NCBI GenBank assembly: GCA_963836185.1
Contig: CAWIIQ010000001.1
Coordinates: forward strand, 1,049,424-1,113,423
Source of the DNA: Candidatus Krumholzibacteriia bacterium
GTDB lineage: Bacteria > Krumholzibacteriota > Krumholzibacteriia > Krumholzibacteriales > Krumholzibacteriaceae
Reading direction: 5' to 3'
DNA length: 64,000 nt
Shown here: positions 9,747 through 22,116 of the stretch, piece by piece
How positions within the stretch are numbered: the first letter of the stretch is position 1
Layout: every line of letters starts with the position of its first letter
Notes under the pieces: model-generated
What the model was told of the DNA's origin: nothing
The model's input: only the letters and a program-made list of their open reading frames with translations
Databases searched by the model: none
Made by a program: the position numbers and the translations under genes

Positions 9747-12365
9747 ATGATCCGATCGATGAATGTGGCGCGGTGTCGCCGCAACACTGGAATCATACTT
9801 CTTCTGATCGTCATGGCGGCGGTGGGCTGCGCCGGCGCGGCGAAGAGTTCACGGGCCCTTCCTGAGACGGTGAAGGGACCGGGCGGTGCTGGGATAGTGC
9901 TCGATCGCTATCCCGGGTCCGGGTCTGTGCTCGTCGCGGTTGCTGTAAGGGCGGGCTCCGCCTGGGAAACCCCCGATACACGCGGCGTGACGCACCTGCT
10001 CGAGCATCTTCTCTTTGACGGATCGGAGAGATTCACGCGCGAGGAGATAAGTGGATGGGTCGATGACAACGGCGCCTTCCTTAACGCTTTTACGAGAAAG
10101 GAAGTGACCGTTTATTTCCTTCTCGTCCGGGCCGACCTGCTCGAGGAAGCGATAGAGATACTCTCCCAGATGCTCCTTCACCCCGTATTCTCGCCGGCCG
10201 AGCTGGAGAAGGAGCGCAAGGTCGTACTCGAGGAGATGAGCCAGGGGCTGGACGATCCGCGAGAGAAAGCCTCGAGGGCCGCGGATAGGTTTCTCTACCG
10301 CGGCTCATCACTCACAGAACCGGTCATCGGGTATCCGTCGACGATCGAGAGCGTCTCAAGAGACAGGATAATAGAATACTACAGGTCCCGGTACACACCG
10401 GGGAATATGAGGATATTCGTGACGGGTGATTTCGACCGGGGAAGGACTCTCGGCTGGATCGAGGACTATTTTACTGTTTCAGGGGGAGTTCCCGCAGAGG
10501 GAGCCCCGGCTGATAAACCACTGCTGATGCCTCGATGGAGCGGAGAGATGACCACTCGCGTGATAGCTGATTCAGGGAACAGGACAGACCTGCTCGTACG
10601 GATGCCTTCGGCCGGGGAAAAACTTTTCCCCGCGGCGCTGCTTCTCGCGGAGATCCTCTCCTCGCCTTCGTCCCCGCTTGCGGAGGCAGCGAGGATATCG
10701 GGCCTCGAGGAACCTTCGGTCGGCATCGAGGTACACGAGGAGTTTTCGGCGCTGAGGATAAGCCTGGAAGGAAAGTCCGTCGGCCTGGACGATTCCGGTA
10801 AGCTTCTCGATGCGGTCACTTCGCTTGCGGGATGGAGCCCCGATGAGGAGCAGCTCGAGAGAGCGAAGATTTCGTTTGTTTCCTCTGATATGTTCGACCG
10901 TGAGAGGTACCATTTCTACGTGATGCTCAACGGCGAGGCGATGGCCGTTGCCGGGGCCGGTTGGGCGGAGGCAGTAGCAGCGGTAGAGAAGGTCAAGCCG
11001 GGACAGATCTCGAAGCTGGCAGATCAGTATATGGGAAACCCTGAGTTCAACGGTTTCTTCGCGACGCCGCACGCGCCCGAAGTCAGGATGGAGAGGGGGG
11101 AAGCGGTCTTCGAGCTTCTTCCGATGAAGATGACCGCTGGGGTCAGGCGGCGGGTAGATACGCCGGTGGAAGCCCTCTGTCTTCTCTTTCCCGGCAGGTC
11201 ATGCGCGGGGCAGATGGCGAGCGACGCGGTCTCGGCCCTCTTCATCCTGATGGAAAACTCAACGGGAGGACGAAGGCTGAAAGAGGATCTCGCGTCGATA
11301 GGGGCGAGGGTCCAGATGAGCGATAATCCTTACATCCCCATGGACGATTACCTGATCAATCCGGCCTGGGCTTTCATCAGGCTGGAGGCGCCGGCGGGCA
11401 GGATGCCTGAGGCGGCCCGCCTGCTCAGGAGCTTCCTTTCTGAAAACGAGGTCTCCCAGGCCGAACTTGACGCGGCAGCGCCTTTCGTCGCGCGAGAAGC
11501 CGGGATCAGGTCGGGGCAATCTTCGGCTGCGCTGAAAAAGGCCGTTTACAAGAGACTTTTCCCCGGCCACAGTTTCGGCGAAGGGCTCTACCGTTCGCCG
11601 GGAAGGTGGGCTGCGCCCGATTCTGCCGACATACTTCGTACTCGCCTCGAAATCTTCCAGTTCAGAGGGTCCGCGGTGACGCTTGTGACGGGGATGGAAG
11701 AGAACGCCGGGATGGACCTCCTTCGGGACACCTTCGGGGATGCCTATATATCGGACAGGATCCCCTGCCGGAGAAAGGCGGATGATTACATCCCCGGGAC
11801 AGCCGACGGACTGTCTCCCGGAAGCGGCGCCCAGCTCGCGGCCGCCTGGCGTATAGACGGCCTTCATGGCGGGGAGATAGCAGCGCTTGCCGTAGCTTCC
11901 GAGGTGCTGAGCATGCGTATGCAGCTCGATATCAGGGAGACGAGAGGGCTGGCTTACTCGACAGGGTGCTCGATGACCCAGGTGGCCGGTCACGCGGTCG
12001 TCATCGCCGGGCTGGGAACGAGGGGAGAAAACGCCGGGAAGGCTGAAACTGCCCTTAAAGAAGCTATTGAGGCGTTTGCGGTCGATCCTCCGACGCGCGC
12101 AGAGGCCGTCGCGGCAAAAAGCCGCCTCGTGTCACGGCTGTCGCGCAGGGAACTGTCCTGTGCAGGCGAAGCTCTCGGAATCGCCCTGGATCACCTTTAC
12201 AGGGGCGGTATAGACGGCCTGGAGCTCATCGCCGCCGCGTCGCCGGAGGAAGTAGTCGAAATGGCTGGCCGGCTGATATGGGACTCGGCCCTCTTTGTGC
12301 GCCTTCTGCCAGGTGAAAACGCACCAGAAAAAAAATCGATGCCGCCGGGTATGATGCGACGATAA
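9747..12365 (+). CDS. M16-family (pitrilysin/insulinase-like) zinc peptidase, two tandem M16 units, signal peptide
   Basis: HLLEHLLFDGSERF (HxxEH zinc motif). Size consistent with a dual M16 domain. Start moved from table 9591 (which would overlap lpdA) to ATG 9747 after ggagg. Confidence 0.75.
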   Translation: MIRSMNVARCRRNTGIILLLIVMAAVGCAGAAKSSRALPETVKGPGGAGIVLDRYPGSGSVLVAVAVRAGSAWETPDTRGVTHLLEHLLFDGSERFTREEISGWVDDNGAFLNAFTRKEVTVYFLLVRADLLEEAIEILSQMLLHPVFSPAELEKERKVVLEEMSQGLDDPREKASRAADRFLYRGSSLTEPVIGYPSTIESVSRDRIIEYYRSRYTPGNMRIFVTGDFDRGRTLGWIEDYFTVSGGVPAEGAPADKPLLMPRWSGEMTTRVIADSGNRTDLLVRMPSAGEKLFPAALLLAEILSSPSSPLAEAARISGLEEPSVGIEVHEEFSALRISLEGKSVGLDDSGKLLDAVTSLAGWSPDEEQLERAKISFVSSDMFDRERYHFYVMLNGEAMAVAGAGWAEAVAAVEKVKPGQISKLADQYMGNPEFNGFFATPHAPEVRMERGEAVFELLPMKMTAGVRRRVDTPVEALCLLFPGRSCAGQMASDAVSALFILMENSTGGRRLKEDLASIGARVQMSDNPYIPMDDYLINPAWAFIRLEAPAGRMPEAARLLRSFLSENEVSQAELDAAAPFVAREAGIRSGQSSAALKKAVYKRLFPGHSFGEGLYRSPGRWAAPDSADILRTRLEIFQFRGSAVTLVTGMEENAGMDLLRDTFGDAYISDRIPCRRKADDYIPGTADGLSPGSGAQLAAAWRIDGLHGGEIAALAVASEVLSMRMQLDIRETRGLAYSTGCSMTQVAGHAVVIAGLGTRGENAGKAETALKEAIEAFAVDPPTRAEAVAAKSRLVSRLSRRELSCAGEALGIALDHLYRGGIDGLELIAAASPEEVVEMAGRLIWDSALFVRLLPGENAPEKKSMPPGMMRR

Positions 12366-12372
12366 TCATTGA

Positions 12373-12615
<243 letters not shown>

Positions 12616-12647
12616 TTGACAAGGCCTGTCACCTCAAAAAGGTGAAG

Positions 12648-13700
12648 ATGTCAAAGAAGTACCGTTTAACGGCCATGGCTTCCTGTTCGGGCTGAGCTTC
12701 CAAGCTCAGCCCGACGGAGTTGTGGCCAGTTCTTCATAAGCTCCCTCCCCAGAACCATCCCGACCTGATCGTCGGAACGAGCCAGGCGGATGACAGCGGG
12801 GTAGTGCGCGTCAGCGACGATAAGGCGATCATACTCACGGTAGATTTCTTCCCGGCTATAGTCGACGATCCGTACTTTTTCGGGCAGGTCGCCGCGGCGA
12901 ACGCGATGAGCGATGTCTACGCGATGGGAGGCGAGGTGCTCTCAGCGCTGAACATCATCGGATTCCCCGAGGGTATGCTAGAGATAGAGGCACTTGAGCT
13001 TCTCATGAAGGGTGGCGCCGACAAGGTAAACGAAGCGGGCGGGGTAATAGTCGGCGGCCACACGTTGAAAGATACCGAGCTGAAGTACGGCCTGTCAGTG
13101 GTGGGGACGATCCATCCCGATGATATCGTGCTGACAGCAGGTGCCAGGCCAGGTGACGCTCTTGTCCTTACCAAGCCGCTCGGCACAGGGATCTACTCAA
13201 CGGCTCTGAAAAAAGGTGCCCTGGGACAAGAGCAGGAGGCCCTCTTTATCGGCCAGATGACAGCCCTCAACGGACCGGCGGCAAAGGCGATGGTAGCGGC
13301 GAAAGCGCACGCCTGTACCGATGTCACCGGGTTCGGTCTGATCGGCCACGCCCTCGAGATGGCTGTCGGCTCCGACGTCACCCTGGCGATAGATATGGGT
13401 GCCGTTCCACTTCTGCCCGAATCCCTTCATCTAGCCTCGCACGGCGTCCTCACGGGGGGTGGTGCGTCGAATATCGAGTTCGCGAGCATATCTGTCGAGT
13501 TCGAGGGCAAGGTGTCGAGGGAGGAGAAGATGGTCCTTCACGATCCGCAGACTTCCGGCGGCCTGCTCATCGCCATACAGGCGGATAAGGCTGATGACCT
13601 GGCCGGTGTCGTGAGGGATTCAGGCGCCGGTTACGCCGCCGTCATCGGAGAGGTTCTTCCCCAGGCTCCCGGCAGAAAGCCGATGATCGTCAGGGCCTGA
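12648..13700 (+). CDS. selD: selenide, water dikinase (selenophosphate synthetase) with in-frame UGA = selenocysteine at 12693-12695
   Basis: Table ORF 12720..13700 is AIR-synthase-related SelD. Reading upstream in frame from ATG 12648 gives MSKKYRLTAMASCSG-[TGA]-ASKLSPTELWPVLHKL. This aligns with the conserved SelD N-terminus (RLTxxSHGAGC[G/U]CK...), which places UGA at the catalytic Cys/Sec position. Confidence 0.8.
12691..12710 (+). promoter_or_regulatory. SECIS-like hairpin directly at/after the selD UGA (gctgagctt-cc-aagctcagc)
   Basis: Perfect 9-bp stem with 2-nt loop starting 2 nt upstream of the UGA. This is the position expected for a bacterial SECIS element. Confidence 0.6.
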
Positions 13701-13708
13701 GCCTCGAT

Positions 13709-14272
13709 CTACCCTTTCCGCCTCTGCTTCGCTTCTTCCAGGCTGAAAAGGCATCCACAGTAGTCCTGTCTGGTGAGCCCGTACTCACGGCTCTTTACGC
13801 AGCTTTCCTGGAAGCCGCCTTTTTTCTTGAAGTCTTCCCCGAGAAAGGTCACGCCGTGCTTTTCCCCGCATGCTGTGCCTTCCTCGACGATCCAGCGATG
13901 GATCTTGTGCGGACTGACCGACAGGGTGGAAGTGAAAAGGCCGAATCCCTTCTCCGCTCCTTTCCTCGCCGTTTCCTCGAGCCTGAACCGGTAACAGGCC
14001 CGGCAGCGCTCGCTCTTCTCGGGAAGGTGGGCATATGGCGCCGTCGCTGAGGCCCATCCATCGAAGCCGCCCCTCCCTTCGATGAGATCTATCCCGAGTC
14101 GTTCGCAGACGGTCCTCATCTCACCCAGCCTCAGTGTGTGCTCGGCCTCAGGCTGGATGTTGGGATTGTAGTAGTATGCGGTCACATCGTACCTCTCGCG
14201 GAGGTACTCGAGGACGTAGCTCGAGCAGGATGCGCAGCATGCGTGTACGAGGATGCGTTCAGATGATTTCAT
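13709..14272 (-). CDS. queH: epoxyqueuosine reductase QueH (DUF208)
   Basis: HACCASCS ... YYYNPNI ... RCRACYRFRL ... FTSTLSVSPHK. This is the conserved QueH Cys pattern and length (187 aa). Confidence 0.8.
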   Translation of the reverse strand: MKSSERILVHACCASCSSYVLEYLRERYDVTAYYYNPNIQPEAEHTLRLGEMRTVCERLGIDLIEGRGGFDGWASATAPYAHLPEKSERCRACYRFRLEETARKGAEKGFGLFTSTLSVSPHKIHRWIVEEGTACGEKHGVTFLGEDFKKKGGFQESCVKSREYGLTRQDYCGCLFSLEEAKQRRKG

Positions 14273-14275
14273 CGC

Positions 14276-15643
14276 TCAGTGAGGAAGAGGGGAACCGCCG
14301 CTGCCGCCAGGCCTGCCGGGCGCCTCCGCGGCGAGCCCGGTGCCCTCGGCGAAGTAGTCGCCCCTGGGATCGCGGACAGGCACAGCCCTCATCGTGGCTA
14401 CGAGTGAATCGCGTCTGGCCGTGAAGGCAGCCATCTTCTCGCTGCTGACCGGCTTCGCCGGAGGAAGCTTCAGGTTTCGCGGATTGACGAACCTGCCGTT
14501 CTTCTTGACGCGGTAGTCGAGGTGCGGGCCGGTCGCGTAACCGGTAGCGCCTACGTATCCGATCGTCTGGCCCTGCTTGACCTTTACTCCCGACTTGATC
14601 CCCTTGCCGAACTTGCTCAGGTGGAGATAGTAGCTGATATAGCTGTTGTTGTGCCTGATTTTTACGTAGTTTCCGTTCGCCCTGGTCCTTGAAGCCGTCA
14701 TCACGGTGCCGTCGCCTGTAGACTGGACCGGAGTCCCGGTCGGCGCGGCGTAATCTATGCCGAGATGAGGCGCGTATGAATGAAGTACGGGGTGGAAACG
14801 CCTCTTGTTGAATCCCGAGCTGATCCGGCTGTACTTGAGCGGCGCCCTGAGGAGCTGCTTGCGGAGCGACTTTCCATCGTAGTCGAAATAATCATCGTAT
14901 TCATCGTTGTTATTGAATAAGAAACAGTAACGGCTCTCACCGCTCGTGTTGAACTCGGCGGCGATGATATCGCCTATGCCGGTCCTCTCCTCGTGGTCCG
15001 GTCCATCGAGCATCCTGCGTTCCTCGTAGATCACCCTGAAGTAGTCGTTCTTCCTTATCTCGGTGAAAAAATCGATGTCCCACGCATAGATCTCTACGAG
15101 CATCGCCCCGAGAGCCTGAGGCAACTCCTGCTCTATGATCGAAGCGAAGAGGGACTGGGTGATCAGGCCCGAGGCCTCCCTGACCGTGATCTCGTAGGGG
15201 TACTCTATCCGTTCGACATTTATCCCCTCGTGGGAGCAGGCGATCTCGACATAAGCGGTCTCATCGGTCGTCGAGAGGCGGATCTTCTCGATCGAGCCGT
15301 CATCGCCGTTGAATATCTCATATTTCTGTCCGGGCTGGATCCTGCCGAGGTCGTATACTTCCTTTGCCTCCCGGACGATGTCGTGCACCTGCTGATGTGT
15401 GGCGCCGCAGGCGGTCATTACGTCGGAGAAACTTGAATTCTTTCTGATCTCTCCGGAGTGGTCAGGTTCGGCAACGGGGGGAGGCGCGGGGAGGCTCAGG
15501 CCGGCAGGGGCCTCAGCTACCATGGATGCGGGGGCTGTCTCAGGATCCGCCATGGGCGCTTCCCTGTAGGAAGCTGTTATGAGGACAGCCGATACGACCG
15601 CGGTTATTATCACGAATATCGTTATTTTCTTATCTCTACTCAT
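14276..15643 (-). CDS. M23-family peptidoglycan metalloendopeptidase with signal peptide
   Basis: C-terminal M23 motifs (HLGIDYAAPTGTPV, HLDY...). N-terminal hydrophobic leader. Confidence 0.75.
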   Translation of the reverse strand: MSRDKKITIFVIITAVVSAVLITASYREAPMADPETAPASMVAEAPAGLSLPAPPPVAEPDHSGEIRKNSSFSDVMTACGATHQQVHDIVREAKEVYDLGRIQPGQKYEIFNGDDGSIEKIRLSTTDETAYVEIACSHEGINVERIEYPYEITVREASGLITQSLFASIIEQELPQALGAMLVEIYAWDIDFFTEIRKNDYFRVIYEERRMLDGPDHEERTGIGDIIAAEFNTSGESRYCFLFNNNDEYDDYFDYDGKSLRKQLLRAPLKYSRISSGFNKRRFHPVLHSYAPHLGIDYAAPTGTPVQSTGDGTVMTASRTRANGNYVKIRHNNSYISYYLHLSKFGKGIKSGVKVKQGQTIGYVGATGYATGPHLDYRVKKNGRFVNPRNLKLPPAKPVSSEKMAAFTARRDSLVATMRAVPVRDPRGDYFAEGTGLAAEAPGRPGGSGGSPLPH

Positions 15644-15722
15644 CTACCTGCCCGTCTGTTTCGCAGTAAAATATCGCCATACCTGCCGATGCGTCAAGTA
15701 AAAGTGCGTTTTTTTTAATCGA

Positions 15723-16757
15723 TTGCAAGATACGGACCGCTTGAACGCCGGAGCCGCAGCCTTTATCATACCGGTGGATAACAGGAGACGCAGAGAGGAC
15801 CACCGCATCATGGAGCAGGACGATCGACCCGACCTTGGCAGTGAGCTCAAAAGGCTCAAGGAACGAGCCAGAGGGGTTTTCGGCGGGCAAAAGGCGCCTG
15901 AATCCGGGGCGCCGCCAGTGCCCGAGGCTCCGAAGGCCGATGAAGGATCGCCCGCCGGCCGGCCTGCAAAGCCCCAGGTGCCCGTTCTCGCTGATATTCC
16001 TGTGACCGATGACCAGATCTTTATCGAGCCGCCCGGGGGGCTGATCGAGGATATCGTCCCTGGAGAAGCCATCGAGACCGGGGCGGGGATCCTCTGGAGG
16101 GTGAGGGAGAGAGCGGGAAACATCTGGGAAAGGGGAGCGGCGGCGCACGCTGAGTACATCGCTGCGATCGCTTCGTCTCCGGTGAAGATGCCCCCAACGT
16201 GCCGGTCCTTCGAGGCGCTTGTCAAGGCGCCGGCGGGATCGGTCGCATACCTTGACCTCGAGACGACCGGCCTGCGGAATACACCTCTCTTCCTGATCGG
16301 GCTGATGTACAGCGAGGGCGAAGAATTGATCCTCGACCAGCTCTTCGCGAGGGACTATACCGAGGAACGGGCCGTTCTCTCTTTCGTATCACAGCTGCTC
16401 GATTCGCGCGAGGTCCTCGTTACCTTCAACGGGAATACATTCGACGTCCCCTTTCTCGCTGACAGGATGACCTTTCACGACCTGCCGATGGTCATGCCCC
16501 GGTCGCATGTCGACCTGCTTCCGGTCTCGCGGTCGCTGATGAAGGGGCGAACGCCTGACAACAGGCTCCAGACCCTGGAGAGGTTCGTACTCGGAAGGAA
16601 GAGGACCGGGGACATCCCCGGGAGCGAGATCCCTGGAGCATACCACGAATTCGTCCGCACAAAGAACGCGAGGCAGATGGCCGCCGTTATCCACCACAAC
16701 AGGCTCGATCTTCTTTCGATGATGGAGCTGATCACAGTTTATCTGACGCATATTTAA
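15723..16757 (+). CDS. YprB/MrfB-like RNase-H-fold 3'-5' exonuclease
   Basis: Motifs YLDLETTGL ... TFNGNTFDVPFL ... HHNRLDLLSM typical of the YprB (PF13482) family. Start ambiguous: TTG 15723 or ATG 15810. Confidence 0.65.
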   Translation: MQDTDRLNAGAAAFIIPVDNRRRREDHRIMEQDDRPDLGSELKRLKERARGVFGGQKAPESGAPPVPEAPKADEGSPAGRPAKPQVPVLADIPVTDDQIFIEPPGGLIEDIVPGEAIETGAGILWRVRERAGNIWERGAAAHAEYIAAIASSPVKMPPTCRSFEALVKAPAGSVAYLDLETTGLRNTPLFLIGLMYSEGEELILDQLFARDYTEERAVLSFVSQLLDSREVLVTFNGNTFDVPFLADRMTFHDLPMVMPRSHVDLLPVSRSLMKGRTPDNRLQTLERFVLGRKRTGDIPGSEIPGAYHEFVRTKNARQMAAVIHHNRLDLLSMMELITVYLTHI

Positions 16758-16935
16758 AAGTCCCCGTGAGACTCCACGCATGCAACAGCCTCACTGGCCG
16801 GGAACATTGTTACTAATGATTGCAACAACCTCCATACAGAAGTAATATAAAGATTCCGGTCCCTGAACTGACTGAGCGGCAATCTTCACCGCAGCGGCTG
16901 GGACCGGTGATGCCGGGGCAAAGGAAAGGATCGTC

Positions 16936-19379
16936 TTGGACGTAAAGAGATTTCTCGGCAAGGTCACTGTCGACGACCTTTACGACGGCCAGATAGTCCA
17001 CAGTCACAAGATTCCACTGCGCAGCGCCCGCTTCGGCGAGCTCGGTGAAGCACTGCCGCCTGGCCTCGCTTCGATCCTTGCCGGTTCGGGTATCGAGAGC
17101 CTCTACACACACCAGGTCGAGGCGGTCGAGTCTCTGCGCGGCGGGATCGACACGGTCATAGTCACATCGACGGCGAGCGGGAAGACGCTCTGCTATAACA
17201 TTCCCGTTCTCGAGGCCCTCATAGAGGACCCCGGGAGCAGGGCGCTCTACCTCTATCCGACGAAGGCCCTCGCTCAGGACCAGCTGAGGGTGCTCAAGAG
17301 GTACAAGGATGGCGGCTCGATCAGCATTCGAGGCAGGGACGTACGATGGGGATACTCCGGGGCCGCTGCGAAGAAAGCTGCGCGACGGCGCCAGCATACT
17401 TCTGACCAATCCCGATATGCTTCACTCGGGGATCCTGCCTAATCACGCGAAGTGGGCCCCCTTCCTGACGAAGCTGCGCTACGTCGTCGTCGACGAGATA
17501 CACAGTTATCGAGGCGTCTTCGGCTCGCATGTATCGAACGTGATGAGGCGGCTCTCACGGATATGCGACCATTACGGGTCTAAGCCGGTATTCGCGGCTA
17601 GCTCGGCGACGATCGCCAATCCGGGCGAGCACGCGGGGCGGCTGCTCGGCCGCGAGATGAAGGTCGTCACGAAGGACGGTTCGCCGAGGGGGCGCAAGAC
17701 CTTCCTCATGTGGAACCCGCCTAACCTGGACCCCGCGGGGATGGAGCGAAGGAGCTCGAACGCCGAAGCGGCCGAGCTCGTCACCCGGCTCATCCTCGAC
17801 GGTGTCCAGACGATCGCCTTCGTCAGGGCGCGCGTGGTGAGCGAGGTGATAACGAGATATGTCCGGGACATGCTCTCAAAGCACCGGGCCTCGATGGCCG
17901 ATTCGGTCCATCCATACAGGGGCGGGCTACCTCCCCGAGGAGCGCAGGGAGATAGAGCGCCGGTTATTCGAGGGCGAACTCAAGGCGGTCATCAGCACCA
18001 ACGCCCTCGAGCTCGGCATCGACGTCGGAGCGTTGCATGCCTCGGTGATCGTCGGTTATCCGGGCAGCATAGCCTCGACGTGGCAGCAGGCGGGAAGGGC
18101 CGGGCGCGGCATGGAAGACTCACTGATCATATTCATCCCGCAGAATACACCGCTCGACCAGTATCTTGCCCGCAATCCCGACTACTTCTTCGGGCGCTCG
18201 CCAGAGAACGCGATAATCGATCCGGAAAACCCGCACGTCCTTCTCGGCCAGATGCGCTCCGCCGCCTTCGAGCTTCCGCTGGCCGCGAAGGAGGTAGAGG
18301 GGATGGGCGAGTACGCTCCGGCGATCGCGCAGCTCCTCGAGGAGGAGAGGGATCTCAACTTCGTCAAGGGGAGCTGGTTCTGGCGGGGGCACGGCTATCC
18401 AAGCGCCGACGTCAACCTGCGCAATATCTCGCCGAACATCTACACGATAATCGACGAGTCTGACGGCAACAGGGTGATCGGCACGATCGACGAGGCGAGC
18501 GCATTCCAGCAGGTCCATACACAGGCGATATATCTGCACGAGGCGGAGACGTATTTCGTCCGTGACCTCGATATAGAGAAGAAGATAGCTTTCATAGAAA
18601 AGACGAATGTCGACTACTACACGCAGTCTATCACCGAGACCCAGGTCAAGGTCGACCGCGAGGAGAAGAACGGGATGTGGAGGATCAGCCCGATCGCCTT
18701 CGGCGACGTCTCGGTGACCGATCTGACGTTCATGTTCAGAAAGATAAAGTTCGGCAGCCGCGACTCGATCGGCTACGGCAAATGCGATCTGCCGCCGCAG
18801 ATCCTCGAGACGGCCGGTATGTGGATAGAGCCCCCGGGCGACGCGCTCGCCGCGGTGCGCGAATGGGGAAGGGTCCCTTCCGAGGGGCTGCTCGGCCTGT
18901 CCAATATACTCAGGGAGGTCGTGCCTCTGTTCGTGATGTCCGATCCGCTCGATATCGGAACGACGGTAAACTCGCGTTCGACCGGCGGCCCGGCTCTCTA
19001 CATATATGACAAGTACCCTGGCGGCCTCGGTTTCGCGCGCAAGACTTACGACATAGTCGAGGAGGTCATGCAGGCCTCGCTCGAGTTGATACAGACATGC
19101 GGATGCAGGAAGGGATGCCCCTCATGCGTCGGTTCCCCCATACCGCCCTTCACACAGCTCGACCCCGATACGGGCGGGCGCGGGATGATCCCCGACAAGG
19201 AGGCGGCCCTTGTGATCCTGCACCTTCTTCTTGAGCTCGAGGCCTACGAACCTGCTCCTCTCGAGGATTACGGAGGAGGGCCGGTGGAGAGGCCCGAGGG
19301 CAAGCCGCTCCCTGTCGAGCTGGAGAACAAGTTGCGCAGGACTCTGCTGCGCAACGGGGAGCGCGGTCGCAGGTCATGA
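16936..19379 (+). CDS. DEAD/DEAH-box helicase with C-terminal DUF1998 zinc-finger (YprA/MrfA-like); two apparent single-base frameshifts (~17330, ~17925)
   Basis: Walker A TSTASGKT, DEIH box, helicase C motifs, and a C-terminal CGCRKGCPSCVGSP four-Cys cluster. Protein continuity is restored by removing one base at each of two sites. The three table ORFs (16936, 17309, 17859) are pieces of one gene. Confidence 0.7.
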
Positions 19380-19425
19380 TCGGGTAGCCAGTTAGAGTAA
19401 AATCGGACCTTTTACCGCCGGAGCG

Positions 19426-19454
19426 TTGACGCTCGACTGCCCCTGTGCTATATT
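19426..19454 (+). promoter_or_regulatory. candidate sigma70-type promoter upstream of sdhC (TTGACG - 17 nt - TATATT)
   Basis: Canonical -35 and -10 hexamers with 17-nt spacer, about 100 nt upstream of sdhC. Confidence 0.4.
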
Positions 19455-19555
19455 GCACTAGTTCTGCTGATCAAGTCTCTTTCAGAGCAAGGTCATCCGG
19501 GTTCCATGGCGATCGCCGCGGGACCCTCGACTTTCTTTAAACCGGGAGGCCCCCG

Positions 19556-19927
19556 ATGAGGGTTATCAAGCGTTACCGCATCCACGCGGGCACGTTTGCC
19601 TGGATTCTTCATCGCCTGTCAGGGCTCGGGCTGATCTTTTATCTGCTCCTGCACATATGGGTAATCAGCCATCTGTCCGGCGGTGAGAAATCCTTCGACG
19701 GGATAATGCACGCATTCGGCACTCCTCTCTTCAAGTTCATGGAGATAGGGCTGGTAGGCGTGATCTTCTACCACATGTTCAACGGATTGAGGATCACTCT
19801 GATAGACATGGGCGTGATGGTCGAGAAGCAGAAGACGCTTTTTGCCATCTCCGTAGTGGTATGGCTCGCCTGCTGGGGCGGGGCCGCGGCGGTAATGATC
19901 TCGCGGATGATCTCCGCGGGCGCGTAG
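19556..19927 (+). CDS. sdhC: succinate dehydrogenase cytochrome b556 subunit
   Basis: Three TM helices, heme-ligand His pattern. First gene of the sdhCDAB order. RBS gggagg. Confidence 0.85.
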   Translation: MRVIKRYRIHAGTFAWILHRLSGLGLIFYLLLHIWVISHLSGGEKSFDGIMHAFGTPLFKFMEIGLVGVIFYHMFNGLRITLIDMGVMVEKQKTLFAISVVVWLACWGGAAAVMISRMISAGA

Positions 19928-19940
19928 AAGGGAGGCCGCA

Positions 19941-20309
19941 ATGAGTTACAAGTACAATGAGACCGCAAGGTCGGGCGGCGCTCTCTGGTGGTTCTTCCAC
20001 CGCCTGAGCGGGCTCTATCTCGCCGCTGTTCTCTTTGTCCACGTCCTCGTCCTGCATGTGCTGATGAAGGACGAGATCGCGTACGGCTCGATAGCCGAAC
20101 GCGTATCGACGCCACTCTGGAAGACAATAAATATTTCGTTCCTCATCGTCGCGCTGCTCCACGGCCTCTACGGCCTGTGGATCGTGCTCGGCGATTACAT
20201 CCACAAGCCGTGGATGAGAATACTAATCTGGAGCGGCATTGCCGTCATCGGGCTCGTATTTGCGATATACGGCGCCCTGACGATGATCTCGTTCCAGTAC
20301 GGAGGTTGA
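19941..20309 (+). CDS. sdhD: succinate dehydrogenase hydrophobic membrane anchor subunit
   Basis: Small three-TM protein between sdhC and sdhA. Confidence 0.8.
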   Translation: MSYKYNETARSGGALWWFFHRLSGLYLAAVLFVHVLVLHVLMKDEIAYGSIAERVSTPLWKTINISFLIVALLHGLYGLWIVLGDYIHKPWMRILIWSGIAVIGLVFAIYGALTMISFQYGG

Positions 20310-20315
20310 CCTGTC

Positions 20316-22103
<1,788 letters not shown>

Positions 22104-22116
22104 AGGAGGCCCCGGA

